Assembly: GCA_963676615.1 (NCBI GenBank)
Contig: OY781092.1
Location: 1,376,001 to 1,440,000 of the forward strand
DNA length: 64,000 nucleotides
DNA from: Candidatus Cloacimonadota bacterium
GTDB lineage: Bacteria > Cloacimonadota > Cloacimonadia > G963667145
Direction of reading: 5' to 3'
The position numbers and the translations under genes were made by a program. Below the pieces are notes generated by a model. It was not told the origin of the DNA, did no database searches, and saw only the letters and a list, made by a program, of their open reading frames with translations. Positions within the stretch are counted from its first letter, which is position 1; the number at the start of each line of letters is the position of its first letter. Below are positions 51,201-54,622 of the stretch, in pieces.

Positions 51201-54070
51201 AGCTTCATATAGCCAGGCACTTCGTTCCCCAAGACCGAAGCTCCATCTTCGCTACCAATGTTAATATTAAGAGGGCTATAAGCTTTCATCGCCAAAAGCA
51301 AGAAAGAACCCTCCTCTATCTCGGGGTCATCCGTCGCCGCAACATTATAAAAGTCATCTATTGGAATAGCGTCCACTTCCGAAGCTGGAATTTTGTTGGA
51401 AGTTCCGCCGTTCTTAAAATTCAACGGCTTAAACTGCTCCAGCGTATCTTTACGATAATACAGCCAATACTCTTGCGCATCAGGATTTCGCTCAAACCTG
51501 ATTCCGACAATATTCGTGTATTTGCCATAGGTAGCCTCCAGCATCTTTACTGGCGCAATCGAGATATAACCCGTATCTCTCTGGCTATGCAACCCTTTTC
51601 CGCCTTCCTCTTCATAATCTTCACGATTCGCCTGCAAAGAGTAAACATAATACTGCTGATTTTTCATCTCGTCTTCATCGTAGAAGTTCATTATCTCGTC
51701 TTTCGTGCACGCCACGCTCGCCAACAACTTCTGCGCCTGAACAACCGATTTAAGAGAGTCCAGCACCGTTCTATAAATATTGTAACTTTGCACATCCCGA
51801 CTAAACTCGCCAAGCCAACTCACCTTTATCTTGTTGGAATAATCGCCCTGACTAGCCGAAACATCAAGGGGAGCAAGCATTTTCGAGAACCCGATAATCG
51901 TATCGCTTCGCTCAGACTCTCCTAGTTCTGGCAAATAAGAGGTAACAAAATATCTGTAAACCGTGCCCGGCACCATCGACTCATCAATCCCCACAGTATC
52001 CACAATGTCTGCTGTAACAAGCTCTTCCGCCGAAGTTATCGGCGAGCCTTTTTCGTATCGATAAATTTTAAAATGCAAGAAAGGATTCTCGGAAACGATA
52101 CTCCAATTTAGCCTAACAAACCCAAGAGAGTCTCTCGTGCAGACCAAATCCGAAGGTTTATCTATTTTTGTAAAAGTATCTAAAAGCGCAAAATCAGAAG
52201 CTCCCGCAAAATCGCTAACAGCCCTTATCTTATACTTATACTCTGTGCTCGGCGTCAAAAATGAGTCCGTATATTTATAAGTGAAAGACCCGTCGTGCAA
52301 AATCGTCGCAATTGGACTCAATCTAGGCTCTCTATACAAAAGATATTCAGCCGCACCGTGCGATGGCTCCCACTCCAACATAATCTCTTGAGAAGTTACA
52401 TTTATCGCCTTAAAATTATTTGGAACAGCAACTCTCGACCAACCAGAATCCATATTAGAGAAGTCCGACTCTTTGCCCTCTCTTGTCGCAGTCGCCAAAT
52501 AGTAATACTTCGTTCCGTCCTCAAAAAAGCGTTGCACTGCCTTCGCATCTACAGAAAATTCTCCGTTTGCCGAGTACACATTTTTTTGCACAACATGAAC
52601 TTCCTCTTCATCTGGGAACTCCTTGTAATAAAGGTTACAAGTGGTCATATCTTCCGCTTTCCAGGTAACAATCAGCGAGTCTTGACTCTTTTCCGCTTTC
52701 AGCCCTTTTGGAGGTGCTATCGGCAAAGACCCAATAGCTTTCTCAGACACATCCGAGAAAATCTCGTGCTGGCTATCAACAACCTTTCCGCCTCGCACCT
52801 TAAACGCATACGAATAGCCCAGCTTCAACAAATCGTCTGGCATATAATAGAAATCCCTTGATCCAGAGCGGCTCAACTCTCCGTTGTCAATCCTCAAGGT
52901 GTCTAAATCCTCCTCGAAAAGGTTATCCGCATAAAGAATCTCCACAAACCCTGTATTACCAATGCGATCCCACTCCAGAAGCAATCGTCCATTTTTGTAT
53001 TCGGTGGTCAAATTTGTCGGCTTGCTTATCCCACAAAATCCTGCATTCGCCAAAAATCCACCAACCATTTCGGTGTGCTCTTTTGCCAAGCAAGTGTCAC
53101 CCTCTACTATCGAACGCACATCGTAAAGATACATCGCTCCTCGATGCTCACCCTCTGGCACATGATAAATCTTGCGTTCATTATATGCGCGAGAACCTTT
53201 ATAAACCGTCTCCAGCTCTTCATAATTTTCGCCAGGCAAATTTTCCTTATACAAAATCATATAGCCTTCAACGCCATTGACGAACGACCAGCTAACCTCT
53301 ATCGAATCAGCTATCGTCCCTTTAGACGCCTCAACTGTTACTGGAGAAGGAGTTAGAGTATAGCCAGTAACCGCTTCCAAAGAAAAATCAGACTTAATAA
53401 AATCGTTCTTTTTCGAAACCACTTGCACCAAAAATTGATACAAAACGCCTTCTTGCAAACCAGTCACAAAAACTTCGGTCTGGTTCAGATTTTCAAAATC
53501 TTGGAAAGGACTTTCAGCAGTAGGTTTTTGCCCCGCATGATAGTAAACTCGATAGAAAAAAGCTGTAGAATCGTAGGTTTTCAACATCGAAGACTTATCC
53601 CAATTCAGCTTAACTTTTCCCTCGAAAACGCCCTGCGACGCCTCAAGAGAGTTACCGACAATCGTCGCTACAGACAAATATCCTGGCGCCGTTTTACTAA
53701 ACAAAGAGATCTTATCTCCATCCCGTTTTCGCACCTTGTAATAATAAACCTGCCCATATTCAAGGTTGTCGCCACTTCGACTATCAATATAACTTTGAGC
53801 CCCAATGCCAGTTCCTATCTGCTTATACTCGCCATCCGCCGCCGCAGTGCTACGATACAAATTGTAAGTGGTCGTCCCCGTAACCTTCTCGTCTCCGCTG
53901 TTCCAGGAAACGATGATCGCATCATCAAACTCTCCCATAGTCGCCTCAACAGTTGAGGGAGGCTCCAAGCTGTTTTCGCCTCTGACAACATCGGTACACC
54001 CAGCCACAGCTAACGCATACAGCAAAACAAATGCCAAAACAAAAAAACCGAATCTTTTTAACGCTTTGAT
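24266..54070 (-). CDS. Giant (~9,930 aa) predicted surface lipoprotein: tandem fibronectin-III-like domains plus four C-terminal GLUG-type modules
   Basis: Uninterrupted 29.8-kb frame; signal peptide ending in lipobox LAVAG-C; recurring unit (A/V)(S/T)KG...D.I.V.W...Y.(I/L)YR...G..YYY.V.A...S..S..DSG(Y/W/F); C-terminal PIG...FTG.FDG.G..I..L...GLFG and VGG(L/I)VG repeats. The start is probably ATC 54070 (or TTG 54037). Confidence 0.9.
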   Translation of the reverse strand: MKALKRFGFFVLAFVLLYALAVAGCTDVVRGENSLEPPSTVEATMGEFDDAIIVSWNSGDEKVTGTTTYNLYRSTAAADGEYKQIGTGIGAQSYIDSRSGDNLEYGQVYYYKVRKRDGDKISLFSKTAPGYLSVATIVGNSLEASQGVFEGKVKLNWDKSSMLKTYDSTAFFYRVYYHAGQKPTAESPFQDFENLNQTEVFVTGLQEGVLYQFLVQVVSKKNDFIKSDFSLEAVTGYTLTPSPVTVEASKGTIADSIEVSWSFVNGVEGYMILYKENLPGENYEELETVYKGSRAYNERKIYHVPEGEHRGAMYLYDVRSIVEGDTCLAKEHTEMVGGFLANAGFCGISKPTNLTTEYKNGRLLLEWDRIGNTGFVEILYADNLFEEDLDTLRIDNGELSRSGSRDFYYMPDDLLKLGYSYAFKVRGGKVVDSQHEIFSDVSEKAIGSLPIAPPKGLKAEKSQDSLIVTWKAEDMTTCNLYYKEFPDEEEVHVVQKNVYSANGEFSVDAKAVQRFFEDGTKYYYLATATREGKESDFSNMDSGWSRVAVPNNFKAINVTSQEIMLEWEPSHGAAEYLLYREPRLSPIATILHDGSFTYKYTDSFLTPSTEYKYKIRAVSDFAGASDFALLDTFTKIDKPSDLVCTRDSLGFVRLNWSIVSENPFLHFKIYRYEKGSPITSAEELVTADIVDTVGIDESMVPGTVYRYFVTSYLPELGESERSDTIIGFSKMLAPLDVSASQGDYSNKIKVSWLGEFSRDVQSYNIYRTVLDSLKSVVQAQKLLASVACTKDEIMNFYDEDEMKNQQYYVYSLQANREDYEEEGGKGLHSQRDTGYISIAPVKMLEATYGKYTNIVGIRFERNPDAQEYWLYYRKDTLEQFKPLNFKNGGTSNKIPASEVDAIPIDDFYNVAATDDPEIEEGSFLLLAMKAYSPLNINIGSEDGASVLGNEVPGYMKLGNPSGLVATKGGALNVAVSWVKSPAASLDGYQIYRKLRNDETSGWNRLTEVSDTSYSDAAVVKGLMYSYQVRAYSKSVREKILSITKEDPEDVKQIVSGYSNVDSGFVRLDTIGYFFVSGYDETADPDSIFVELETLGEGAKYSFYQRKEGSAEAFSELFLSNQTEENGMLKGAWAAPDRERYEMFAVATSGHIKDNGQLDSSASDTLIGFRTPAPPDSVLASKFAFDAKIEVKWKNKNNANSYDIRRYSEDAPEGYVRTVPIGTEFSSYDLKEDASGNVIFTDKEAYAGKAYLYTVRAYCPDVGVTDYSVLENSVDSVRATGYVRFAEMDDVEASKDESYQYIMVDWVQTPFVDSYVVYRLKLVGNPDKANFSLYDSVITVDSLSYADYVGDKEKYFYRVRPIKWVEGKRVAATMNKSFFTAGPEGWLALDPPTMVSATKELVDTIEVVWEKYIDAVSYDLYKQEVGSDKGLSVVATGITDTFYRENIDKIYAGLGYNYYVNVMNSEGRSTALSDEDVIGAAKLYPVKILGMTAKPEIEKVLINWTVSENTDSVEIEYNSVNTSSEQKFALDKSEWEQDLEEGDMGYVSVVSIGKYNRSVAVRDSVLSPLLPLTMVDFSRGKVDTIQVTVEMNKTPRMIALYRYEDFDDCQNHRDSVRLVFSDGTIPNTQLWEVVDGKFILNDTSSSLKKGKNYYYNAHYTIAHTAKDWSGFESPTLYDYGWTAAEVPVLLDVSRDSLGYVMSKWNQVSYGDGYRLLKSWLESGVRKFDTIVASNNYTDTTYQDANVIPGKYYTYRVQSFVQVNNAYSKFSNADSGYAKLVAPEIEVSKGLKNDTINISWNVGNKVTSPGAGANEFVIRRGRDEASLTDLKTISVDGKTEFVYSDTLGLQDSCIVYYYSVHSVAGVLSSNYSNVDSGWVKLLPVCDLQTSQGLYVDSVIITWEVPVNSRLSEIVYTIYRDGYEWGEVVGETKFTDNNFIPDDKGIKHGYYVSYYHPTFGRASNSEVDSGYTRLNRPSKPDATYDQEKTKGIKVFVFVVPNADSMYVCRKSFDGTEFDTIYSFQALENESFLDGDVISGLEYEYYSIAWNELTGFSDTSSHCIGKAALSAPEIQVSKNESLDSITIIWGDYDNKDFEVYRSITTSMPASPEATLNDTGLYVDKTADTGVIYYYWVKAIKGAQERTSEMDFGYLKLAVPVGLDCSKGTKEDTVVVRWLKSGEVENYAFQKNVGSIDGPNEGFEVNITEDCKQSGDTIIYYDKVSGNEAFYYYKIRSHMSNPALNVDAFSDYSDVDSGWKKLSAPSDFSVSKGLNTDTILVSWSADNLYDSDSVYIYRALSSTGFASDATAAVKGRVGEYIDDDASLEKGAYYYYKIKRKSLGYGESDFTDVDSGYLLLPAPEDLRASDGDYLDSIKVSWDTVKNAAGYKIYRRFDGGIQQEFEFDLDHQDSVFNDKFTGFHGVKVFYQVKAYNAVSAENSRSLQDSGFTQLPAPKSFEATYGTTDDAVRLMWGKVEGADEYVLYRSEDNSSFEIIDTVSEDFAYDSVVNGINYGQDYYYKAYARNELTESLPEEKWNFSQVDTGLVSMPIPKNLTASKATNTDTIFVKWSKQVKVAGYALYYDTLRDLGGYKRVLATTGGNDTSADVEIGNFPQLKPDTRYYFRVRSLGANDSSELSDYDQGYLALPAPAKPEVSRDSLDFVKVKWENIAKGYSLYRIDPLGDTTLLGFEQIALNADSLYVKDFSVSPGAFYKYFLVALGDVSTSGNGAVSDSGWRQYEAPLVRIEDAADSLINKKLIVKWETLPASVTKMILEYSENSDFNASSEKAIVSFNLTRTELDVDPCKVYYVRAKIFMETLISSPFSLADSGYCRLDTITGLSATKAEYKDKIIVRWDSLTSNDVGWKKYKIWRNDLSEEGGTVTSLDSFVDEYVEPGKPYVYKVKALTQNFGESYYSAPDTGYTALPDPVLASVAQVAGEDSMQLIWSYLAASSSAVDSFYVYRLDSLGAPFAPEKFGVQTATLAKENLGEEIKYSWKQGDLELGKTYFYYVQASSTMGEESGYSDTLSGSLELRAPIIASVTKGDYKDSIKIVWERAEDGLAYLLYRAQSFDGFSVSQDSLAQLGTLDTVYTDTIKSAVAPVRGVPYFYAVRTKNTDKAGVTHYSGFSRAKFGFASLDTVSGFTVAKGESEQTLIASWSAVDAGDYAPLYTVRQLNDPVQKTIEAQIVTSDTLVDLRSGGAFGDNLAQGKVYYFDVSTSIDLGALKDTIFSDTSRVDSGYTKVSPPQLTASYGTIVDSIEIKWNKISAIEIDSVRIKYSKDQATWDSVAVEYATPEDTVYRLSVQIDDISLPIYIKARFEESKGNSDYSKVVVGASRLKAPKNLTVSKGVSADSLRLKWENYRSNTSVADDNTSLYTIYMRDSASGIFDQASAIQSINRGDVGTYDYSFKLDNVGALSGIFYYFKIGGRNDVSVSDSLTNLDSGFVLPPKIYISECSDDINGKIEVSWALPSEITDNIALYEKYDMQVEVQRRKDGESFVTVDSFQGLDTLSFVDSATSLTPKVPYYYRARLHSRRLAAAVADDKELSSSAWSDSVAGQCLIALSAVRLASQDNFFVDSIQLEILHAKNVDSILIKRENEDGVEIIVKRFEETDFNGTDEGQFFPWTDTVSLQDGKLYKYYAQTKKDSEASEWVGPTEGYTRLDSCLGLDASKGVYADKIRLRWDEKSDADGYSIFVREKDGKDSMIVASVANEADSIVKFVGSFDYPFVYGPEYRLGVSAFSVKFKNTRVGSDTVWTQGYLKPKDIDSVWISQDLTDSIVVRLRYVGGHEFDVWRKIDGGSYAKLNALDWKAEAVGAVDSYYTFADSLGGADQRVNGAYYYYKIVAKKAGYFGVSDTLNTEFLAMPGYSRIDTTQLAASGYPNEDSIFVEIEKVKLQKENLAIVRYGLLCYSDENCTTLVDSIVLADTSATIFAQLEPKTVKKGAPYWFKVRSLAYATASDAVPYSVSERSAAQKSGIELPKAAMSKILVRDTANLVYWASYPLDVASLDSVRVYRKFVSGSFEQIASVSGEQLVSGFYVDKGISYGEFVEYYVKAVIENGGGVDKQVSAESDTLDAYCYLPMPENFAATKGAYADTIKLSWEWNYASSVDSFLLSRYLGSTLDTSYVFASIVTEYFDTARVKEGVAYAYYLKSKKNNAGKESVVSQDSASASGYAKFSPPDTLIASISEYSITLRWGYKNGTDDMASDVQYLVVRDTTQASVWSGNILDSVVNGEDTFFVDASVPHGMVRWYKVAAFNDISKEQVLSKPVRGFSIFDPLTITRSDKGLDDTIIVKWEKEQAFKSYFVEWSTKDSIDEETQKFRFPVDSLGSFENSDYTTDSAVIKITEDSLKGRKIYIRVWAQNDFGKSEPTQSEGWVKLEKPDLIDVTDGQLQDSLALKIKRSAVADEDNSLRYQISFKKNKEDLFVKGYYELDLATATPSGDSIILDTITLQNSDAGFVYYVGVRAVNDLPNTMSGAIIDSGYSRLPAVNLATGEPLEGYINISWLKKNIGGDTLNYFVCKSKVNVGTVDTIDTVYGVDVLEMVSYNDSAVTVSENYEYFVYSYAPTRFGEKFSDSSNHVVNFAKIGLVDSLRQVEDYKRDTILMIWKQIPAVDSYVVYRSEDNDVDNKVAVDTLVFTEAPFTDKSADLKNNPGKIFYYWIAGLKGSDRGPVREIGAAAFTKLEMVDEIFAGKGESTQGISLKWSKSDLATSYNVFFDTLGGSGYDFLAAIGVEDDDTSHIFYRSEYSSEFSDGVQYLFRVQPVNEYCIAEISDTSVAVDTGYLKLLPVDSFYFYYDSVRFDTIKLNWAEETTPNLYYYLYRSVDKNGEKTLLDSMQADTNYYIDKGKGLAGDKLVGGKKYWYYLTTAVQGLKGGSSDTVEVQTYNLEYNIGIYDGAWSKLPEPAFITASGVFDYATKDNKPDSSYADSVVIRWSRVENAQSYALVGDTAREFVYSDARYQMSLTSDSVYNLSLPELEIADLGKLLYFKVAALNDLDGYDVSKATFSDVCKGFALLLAADSLRLDSVKFDKFVFRCKAVENADEYILYKKDGANFDPIDTSANPRLEDTTVIPGDDGYYKVRVYNDSTGFSSWTDSIFATSNPYPPAGVTATKGVSVDTIAVSWDMDKNRIPDIDSFFVYAKNIKPLSPMVTVDTVEADYNFATDTVFDDGAARKVGQKYLYYVRSYRNGKYSEISEPDTGWKALPDVDGLTADTLDAQALFVTVRWNGVENLCESGRYLLARVSSFDTVYYEDLSDTLYKDYDIQGGMAYKYSVKVYNPEYLDMSQPVEVWSQETAQKFVSQNWSDTAFGGKRFVLPVLDIEKNMYQILQDTIQISWQEYGIATAFNLAYDTTIDFSSDYCDTLKIVNNQAGDSSSYNFTQSGGLDEGQTYYFKLQVVDSGGTEAIWDSVASLWSAVDSGWSKLNPPALVVASDSITDKIRVDWAESQIANVTYEVRMVSEFYSDVVEKDLIDTTWTFDSPFSQGQKGFIVRNVHPTYGRSAWSDTVYGVGKQAPPEFYLRPSKGEFYDSVYLRIEEPLNLSGKMNYRIYVSTDKDEESFAKKTELTNYYDSILGVSAYALKGNVLSDSSWYGKKLYFRVASQVQGFDKFSDKGVIDSGWTKLLPTAEIDTVDVGTLDTSVIGIKWAKVANADSFKIERKRFNETEYAALKTVTDTFWLDTIEQNQRTHAFLYRVQSLSGLSQDAGTDGIVNSDSKFKELDDTLYLNVYQVQNLTATKGEFIDTVRLSWNGVLDEPYTVVRYQKAEGGVYDYAGNVAYFEDQKASDGFVDEVTAENGLQPGKWYFYNVYLQGDMAVYRNSIDSGYAKIPALSRADLWINNDTADIVANLQENVVNNFDSVIKIGIVTGKDFVDSVRFDTIGNGVAGYVRSVSVRDAAVMDTFKFSPELYGEFDTFRLKIVNEVVSDTFLDVVSFTPLQPSQKVEVVKNGVSSDSIILLVKRNAKNSENIDSVVIRRYAWSDPADEERLVYPFDAASDTLVDKDVVQGKFYVYQAAYFSDVTGISRYGASIDTGFAKLEVPEFDSVSKGTSIDNITLRWNKIDDAQGYRLYRRSDENGQYEVLVNEFYLEDSDDTTYVDNQKYPSCKYIAYKVQAVGVDTNSTLSAADSGYRAFDKVEDLRFAGKRRDTIKLTFSVFESIKFEDFGKDGVKLYRWDDVESSDDTTGYAVPTTAYIVDSVTEGEFRTYTISDTSADLELGKLYFYKVQVNTDVDSKLSNMAHGYLDLPKTGRATASFGVLVDSVSVVWDSVQGVNDYELIRESVNGGRRDSVEVSDTTALDFYGGDLFASGFEPGKFYAYSLRALCEIDQDTVFGDATSRLQLRLVSQESEADTGWSEMPPLDDGQVYGYNDTLWIEKTSPFEIDARVKERVNITVSPANGYVREVYVYRKDRTDDASVFVPIDTVYGSGEVIDSLLTRGREYSYRFKVKNDTLSEKTYDIVSYTYLKPIDTLKVTHWDTSGVTLSFKTMPNNATVDSYRIRRMKKSDMTQSQWFMIKAAATYKDTLGKQGVNYYYSVASYDDTTGYSPYSGDTLAYRDLSVPKILSVSKGDYRDKIELVWSQVQDASKGYIVFRDSTNTGGEDPDNYDILFRSGYGAQSSDTTYTDYSKYPSYTNIYYKIVAMGEDFNSEPSEIDSGFLKYSGIEDLQFVSMSAMKVDTIELTYSLPSKLVSYGVDSVVFYRFDSVKNADTANMTQDSRLKAVTNDFAQSNKFLDTVDIKRGNLYFYLAEVYPKDKSGIASNLAFGCTKLEPLGEIVATKATLDRAIRLKWSKVVGTKDDEVTYYELSRALTNGSSEATILLPGDDTNFVDTASFDIAAGFTRRFESPIDLGREYVYKVRPVLMLDEDTAVGQPLEMRFTAAYTEVDTGFTKPEAPILNDVSKGLAGDSITVRYTTPTYADSFVLFRDSLDVAGEDWQKATNLPAGEVEQAWYDADVFPGIRYQYKIKVYKGIAVDSSGTDSGYVRLSAPDSLVVVDNNAYGDSVKLRIYTSQLTADIVDTIYIRRGDAFLGQFSDYDTVVAAGYTDGYFPYTDDGIGLQGMNYIYTAAFQNASSTSSYSSKFATGCRKLDSAALVSVSKGEFFDKIELKWTKSEDAQQYQILRDSVLGSDGQDLAYYDTLGLSAIGNEDTIWDDRTRYGAFRKVYYMVRALGVDADAPLSDVDSGYYKYSGVEDLQFVSLSKPKVDTIELSWHYTAEIWPELDTTLIFRFDSLKNIDSVREGNAYDVTGEMQGVPLRENNVSYDKSPSLEIGNLYFYRVMAKIKGGDLTTPSNLVYGYLNLPIVENVEATRGEKDTLRVSWSKVKSVAGDTVDNYLVSRYIGGAVDGEVYVSGGDTVYVDSVGDRFFDSETYKGRTYSYKVRAVVELREEIPYGVYEKTLISEYSEPDTGFIFPPAPEIDTVTKGDLEDTVQILYSTPEFIDSAVIYRQKAGDADWRRLAELGAGQERWTSYKDYNSDLIPGTKYYYKIKSYKFDLQDSSRTDSGYASLAMPTSFRVVYDSNRYAPGFADTSYIKLRWDTVRYASGYQIFASRSGDVSIDNYDTLALMSSSSDTTLNFVPSEFAASKDSISEYNFVIRAYRQGSPDSVFSAVSSAIDGAVRSLSAQNLQATNSTFQDKIRLTWNLPRYGNSDILGYQIYRSTDGGSFENIANVNEDELVDDTIFDDDYELKRGSVYYYKLKTVYGGGKAVSIFSDTSSFGALPLDPVNLRVTKNLLQVQVKFDTVAGATNFMLYRKENSSDFAGASVYIDLRKGDAPLDQDGDTLFYVDTGAVDGHLYFYKLRAYKEVGLDTIFSIAETDYGYQKLTLDSIDIQVDSGGIGISWLKEVNLGTVEPTEYDLYKRTQGGNWTIFDITNIAKREAAAGGDTLFSYLDEDVVKGGYYYYMLKAKLAREDVVIEFSSDEIGQMYGFEFETTLDSFSASKGTSNDEITVRWQKIKVSSWAEDYDLKERLLEKAPDTVSAYIIARENIQEGTVEYDTVVPSGLSPAVEAGDTIYTYTDDGSGMTPPVQGYLYKYSIMGMVQINNSPDKFYSPTISNDAKGTGFLDNSSTVFGAIYYHYDENNGNIDGFEITWGDNGTTPEGFIIEKATNATFDDNYEVDTIDLSSALKGILFTDSSFIDYQSTENAGDLGTLEIGRKYFYRLTQVNSFKYGSYSFRSGHDSKVYKYDNDTVFIYNVQDYNYIADGVTAGRFDDNDVFKLMDDLYFEDVPLKPAGSFNSHFAGSNKQIRFSSFDVSGNSLSSLAMFAEADGCLVDSLTVIVDGDGTEFAIATNLAVLAGVSQNSRYENVKIVLNNVNWNSTGDAGTAVAGAVAKSENDTLINIDVSGSSVTFSKTISSGYAAGVVGYTKGLYAKDIKVSFIDELNSVSNLVGGVVGYANGGSVVLENIEVSNIKKLEAKYIGSVVGSMLSVDSLSLKNVTVSNIESLEQSLGGSTVGYVVGNLDITKACSIENISVSGIGQVNISSTPLRMGAFGYGNFSGDLQIKDVNIVLPKETQLPSTNNTNYIGGVFGRLSGSIQVDFDNVVVDGNDEGGFSGNNLFNYYVGGLVGKFEASKANVNSVEVKNLNIDVSNTNIYEFKKAWVGLLFGQVPTVNIGSVNIEGCDIKVATKNPESGPDKYVGGLVGQVITRADFDENSNVSLGLSLTSSGENENTGIGPVGITAIGGLFGEAKVIAGLQADKVALDLQKLTIDEDNEPSTKTYFGLVAGKCDSWEKGDMHSSIWGNAQIDESNLQIDANNLYAGLLFGSLTLAESDTFVVENVEKFDVGINTRASAGCYIGLMAGEMSADDDDFFAVAKLENCDGATVKISENGYVSTGTYLGGLIGLMNNGKLVRSSVEGLVFSGSRNLKLVEGFLVGSLISDATIEECYAYNCFAERGSYLGMLVGKAQGGLVAKSYALQNKCNDFYKVGLFVGDAEGLPDATIAYCYSLENGDYEFSGVGGSQSYTSCGSLASVLMSGNIKSTTGYQMTDLTGYPSLVNNPQANMPQDNGLEMETGLFGSAYRITTPLQLDAIGDRRLANLVGGQENLPEWLQLDAEYELAVDLDFSDYSVDYTPIGYQGTETNFTGEFDGNGKRISNLVIEADDYGTTTSLYSNRGLFGVAKSSASVHDLWLDSLTVNGSSVLGCLFGNGSGGTKAERILVTNSSVTGSSSNVAIFGGYSNSNWKDLLSINNTVKSSSVFVGAIAGRGVVSNAVSVGDSVSGTDKVGGIVGEQSSGSVDNCYSLAKSISYTGSNVGKIAGNIDNGLRCDCYSLAETKFGSGYLIGTDPSGKNGGNLFYNHLQESDYQALLEDSDAWEFKPGAKYPTLKVFSDALDGQMQAPEMPLNKGTNAYEVSSLQDLAMVGGYTDSSFVLTANIDFDNQTYSPVIGDNLVPIGDLEYPFTGSFDGDGYQIEGLRLEDTTRDFRGLFGVVKGGNIHDLGLIDAKVNGENYVGALVGAFLSTDGQSDAVLEDVLVDEVEIDGDENVGGIAGAMHSVDANRVIIANAIVEGDKFVGGIAGTGSSSAELQNSLSLCKSIVTTGAGLPFRVANPNMTLTNNYSVTITEGNWLSSNDATDKCDGLALTRDSLQNEDTYGADGISDFLTNGWKWPGEALTGYPELKNMNIDGVLNWGFFEKGSGTPDSPYEVDKGYLFAMMNTEGYRDKHYVQTKNIDMTGEDFTPIGDPSNPFTGSYDGQGYEIKGLNCQSGNYVGFFGYVDGDSVVIERVYVLEPNFKGVTAVGGVVGSFRCESSEDAVVKNCLVRGGSIATNYQGGGVAGSNVIAEILNCIAVGVQIVATNPSLGMTGEVLGQLYSGNAEASGLVALGGNVGVTKYGNRVIGYEKSDPTYDLLYALNTTTVNGTEVTSDDPASLDGATVTTSTIQDENWWKDTPQFDITSGAPTKAEPWIWKTGADFPVLRGDINANLP

Positions 54071-54622
54071 AACAAAACTCCTTATCGTTACAGCCTTAAC
54101 GCTGATTTATATTTCAAAAAATAAAGCACAATCCGCCTAATATCCACCCATAATAACAACAAGATAAGAGACAAAAGAGTTGTCAACAGATTTGTCCCGA
54201 AATTAGACACAAGAGCTTATTTGCTTAAAAACAAAACAGTTATAACTCCTAAAAACACAACAAAATAACACAACTACACACAAAAAACACACAATTTCCA
54301 CTTCTTTTCCTTAATTTTTAGTCTAGAAAAAAAATCTCGCTCCCAAAAACGATTGATTTTCAAACAGTTAACAAAAATTTTAACGCAATCTACAAAAAAG
54401 CCCCTATTTCATAAACAACTAATTTTAAGCAATTTAAGAATTTCCAAGAATTTCTCCCAATTTTACCAAAATTTTTGCTCTAAAAAAACAGGTCTCTTTT
54501 TCTAAAAAAAACAAGATTTTTGCCATTTTTGACAATTTTGCTATCTTTTTCTTTACAATTTCTGTCATCAATACCAATTTAAACTCAAAGTAACTTTTAC
54601 CAAAAAATTTTAGGAGAAAAAA

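Noticed and set aside
30476..53956. Dozens of 100-530-aa + strand ORFs inside the giant gene
   Set aside because: Antisense frames produced by the codon bias of the giant ORF; no recognisable domains.
54090..54620. AT-rich divergent intergenic region as a possible replication origin or riboswitch
   Set aside because: No cluster of good DnaA boxes, no visible skew inversion across it, no dnaA nearby, and no recognisable riboswitch motif.
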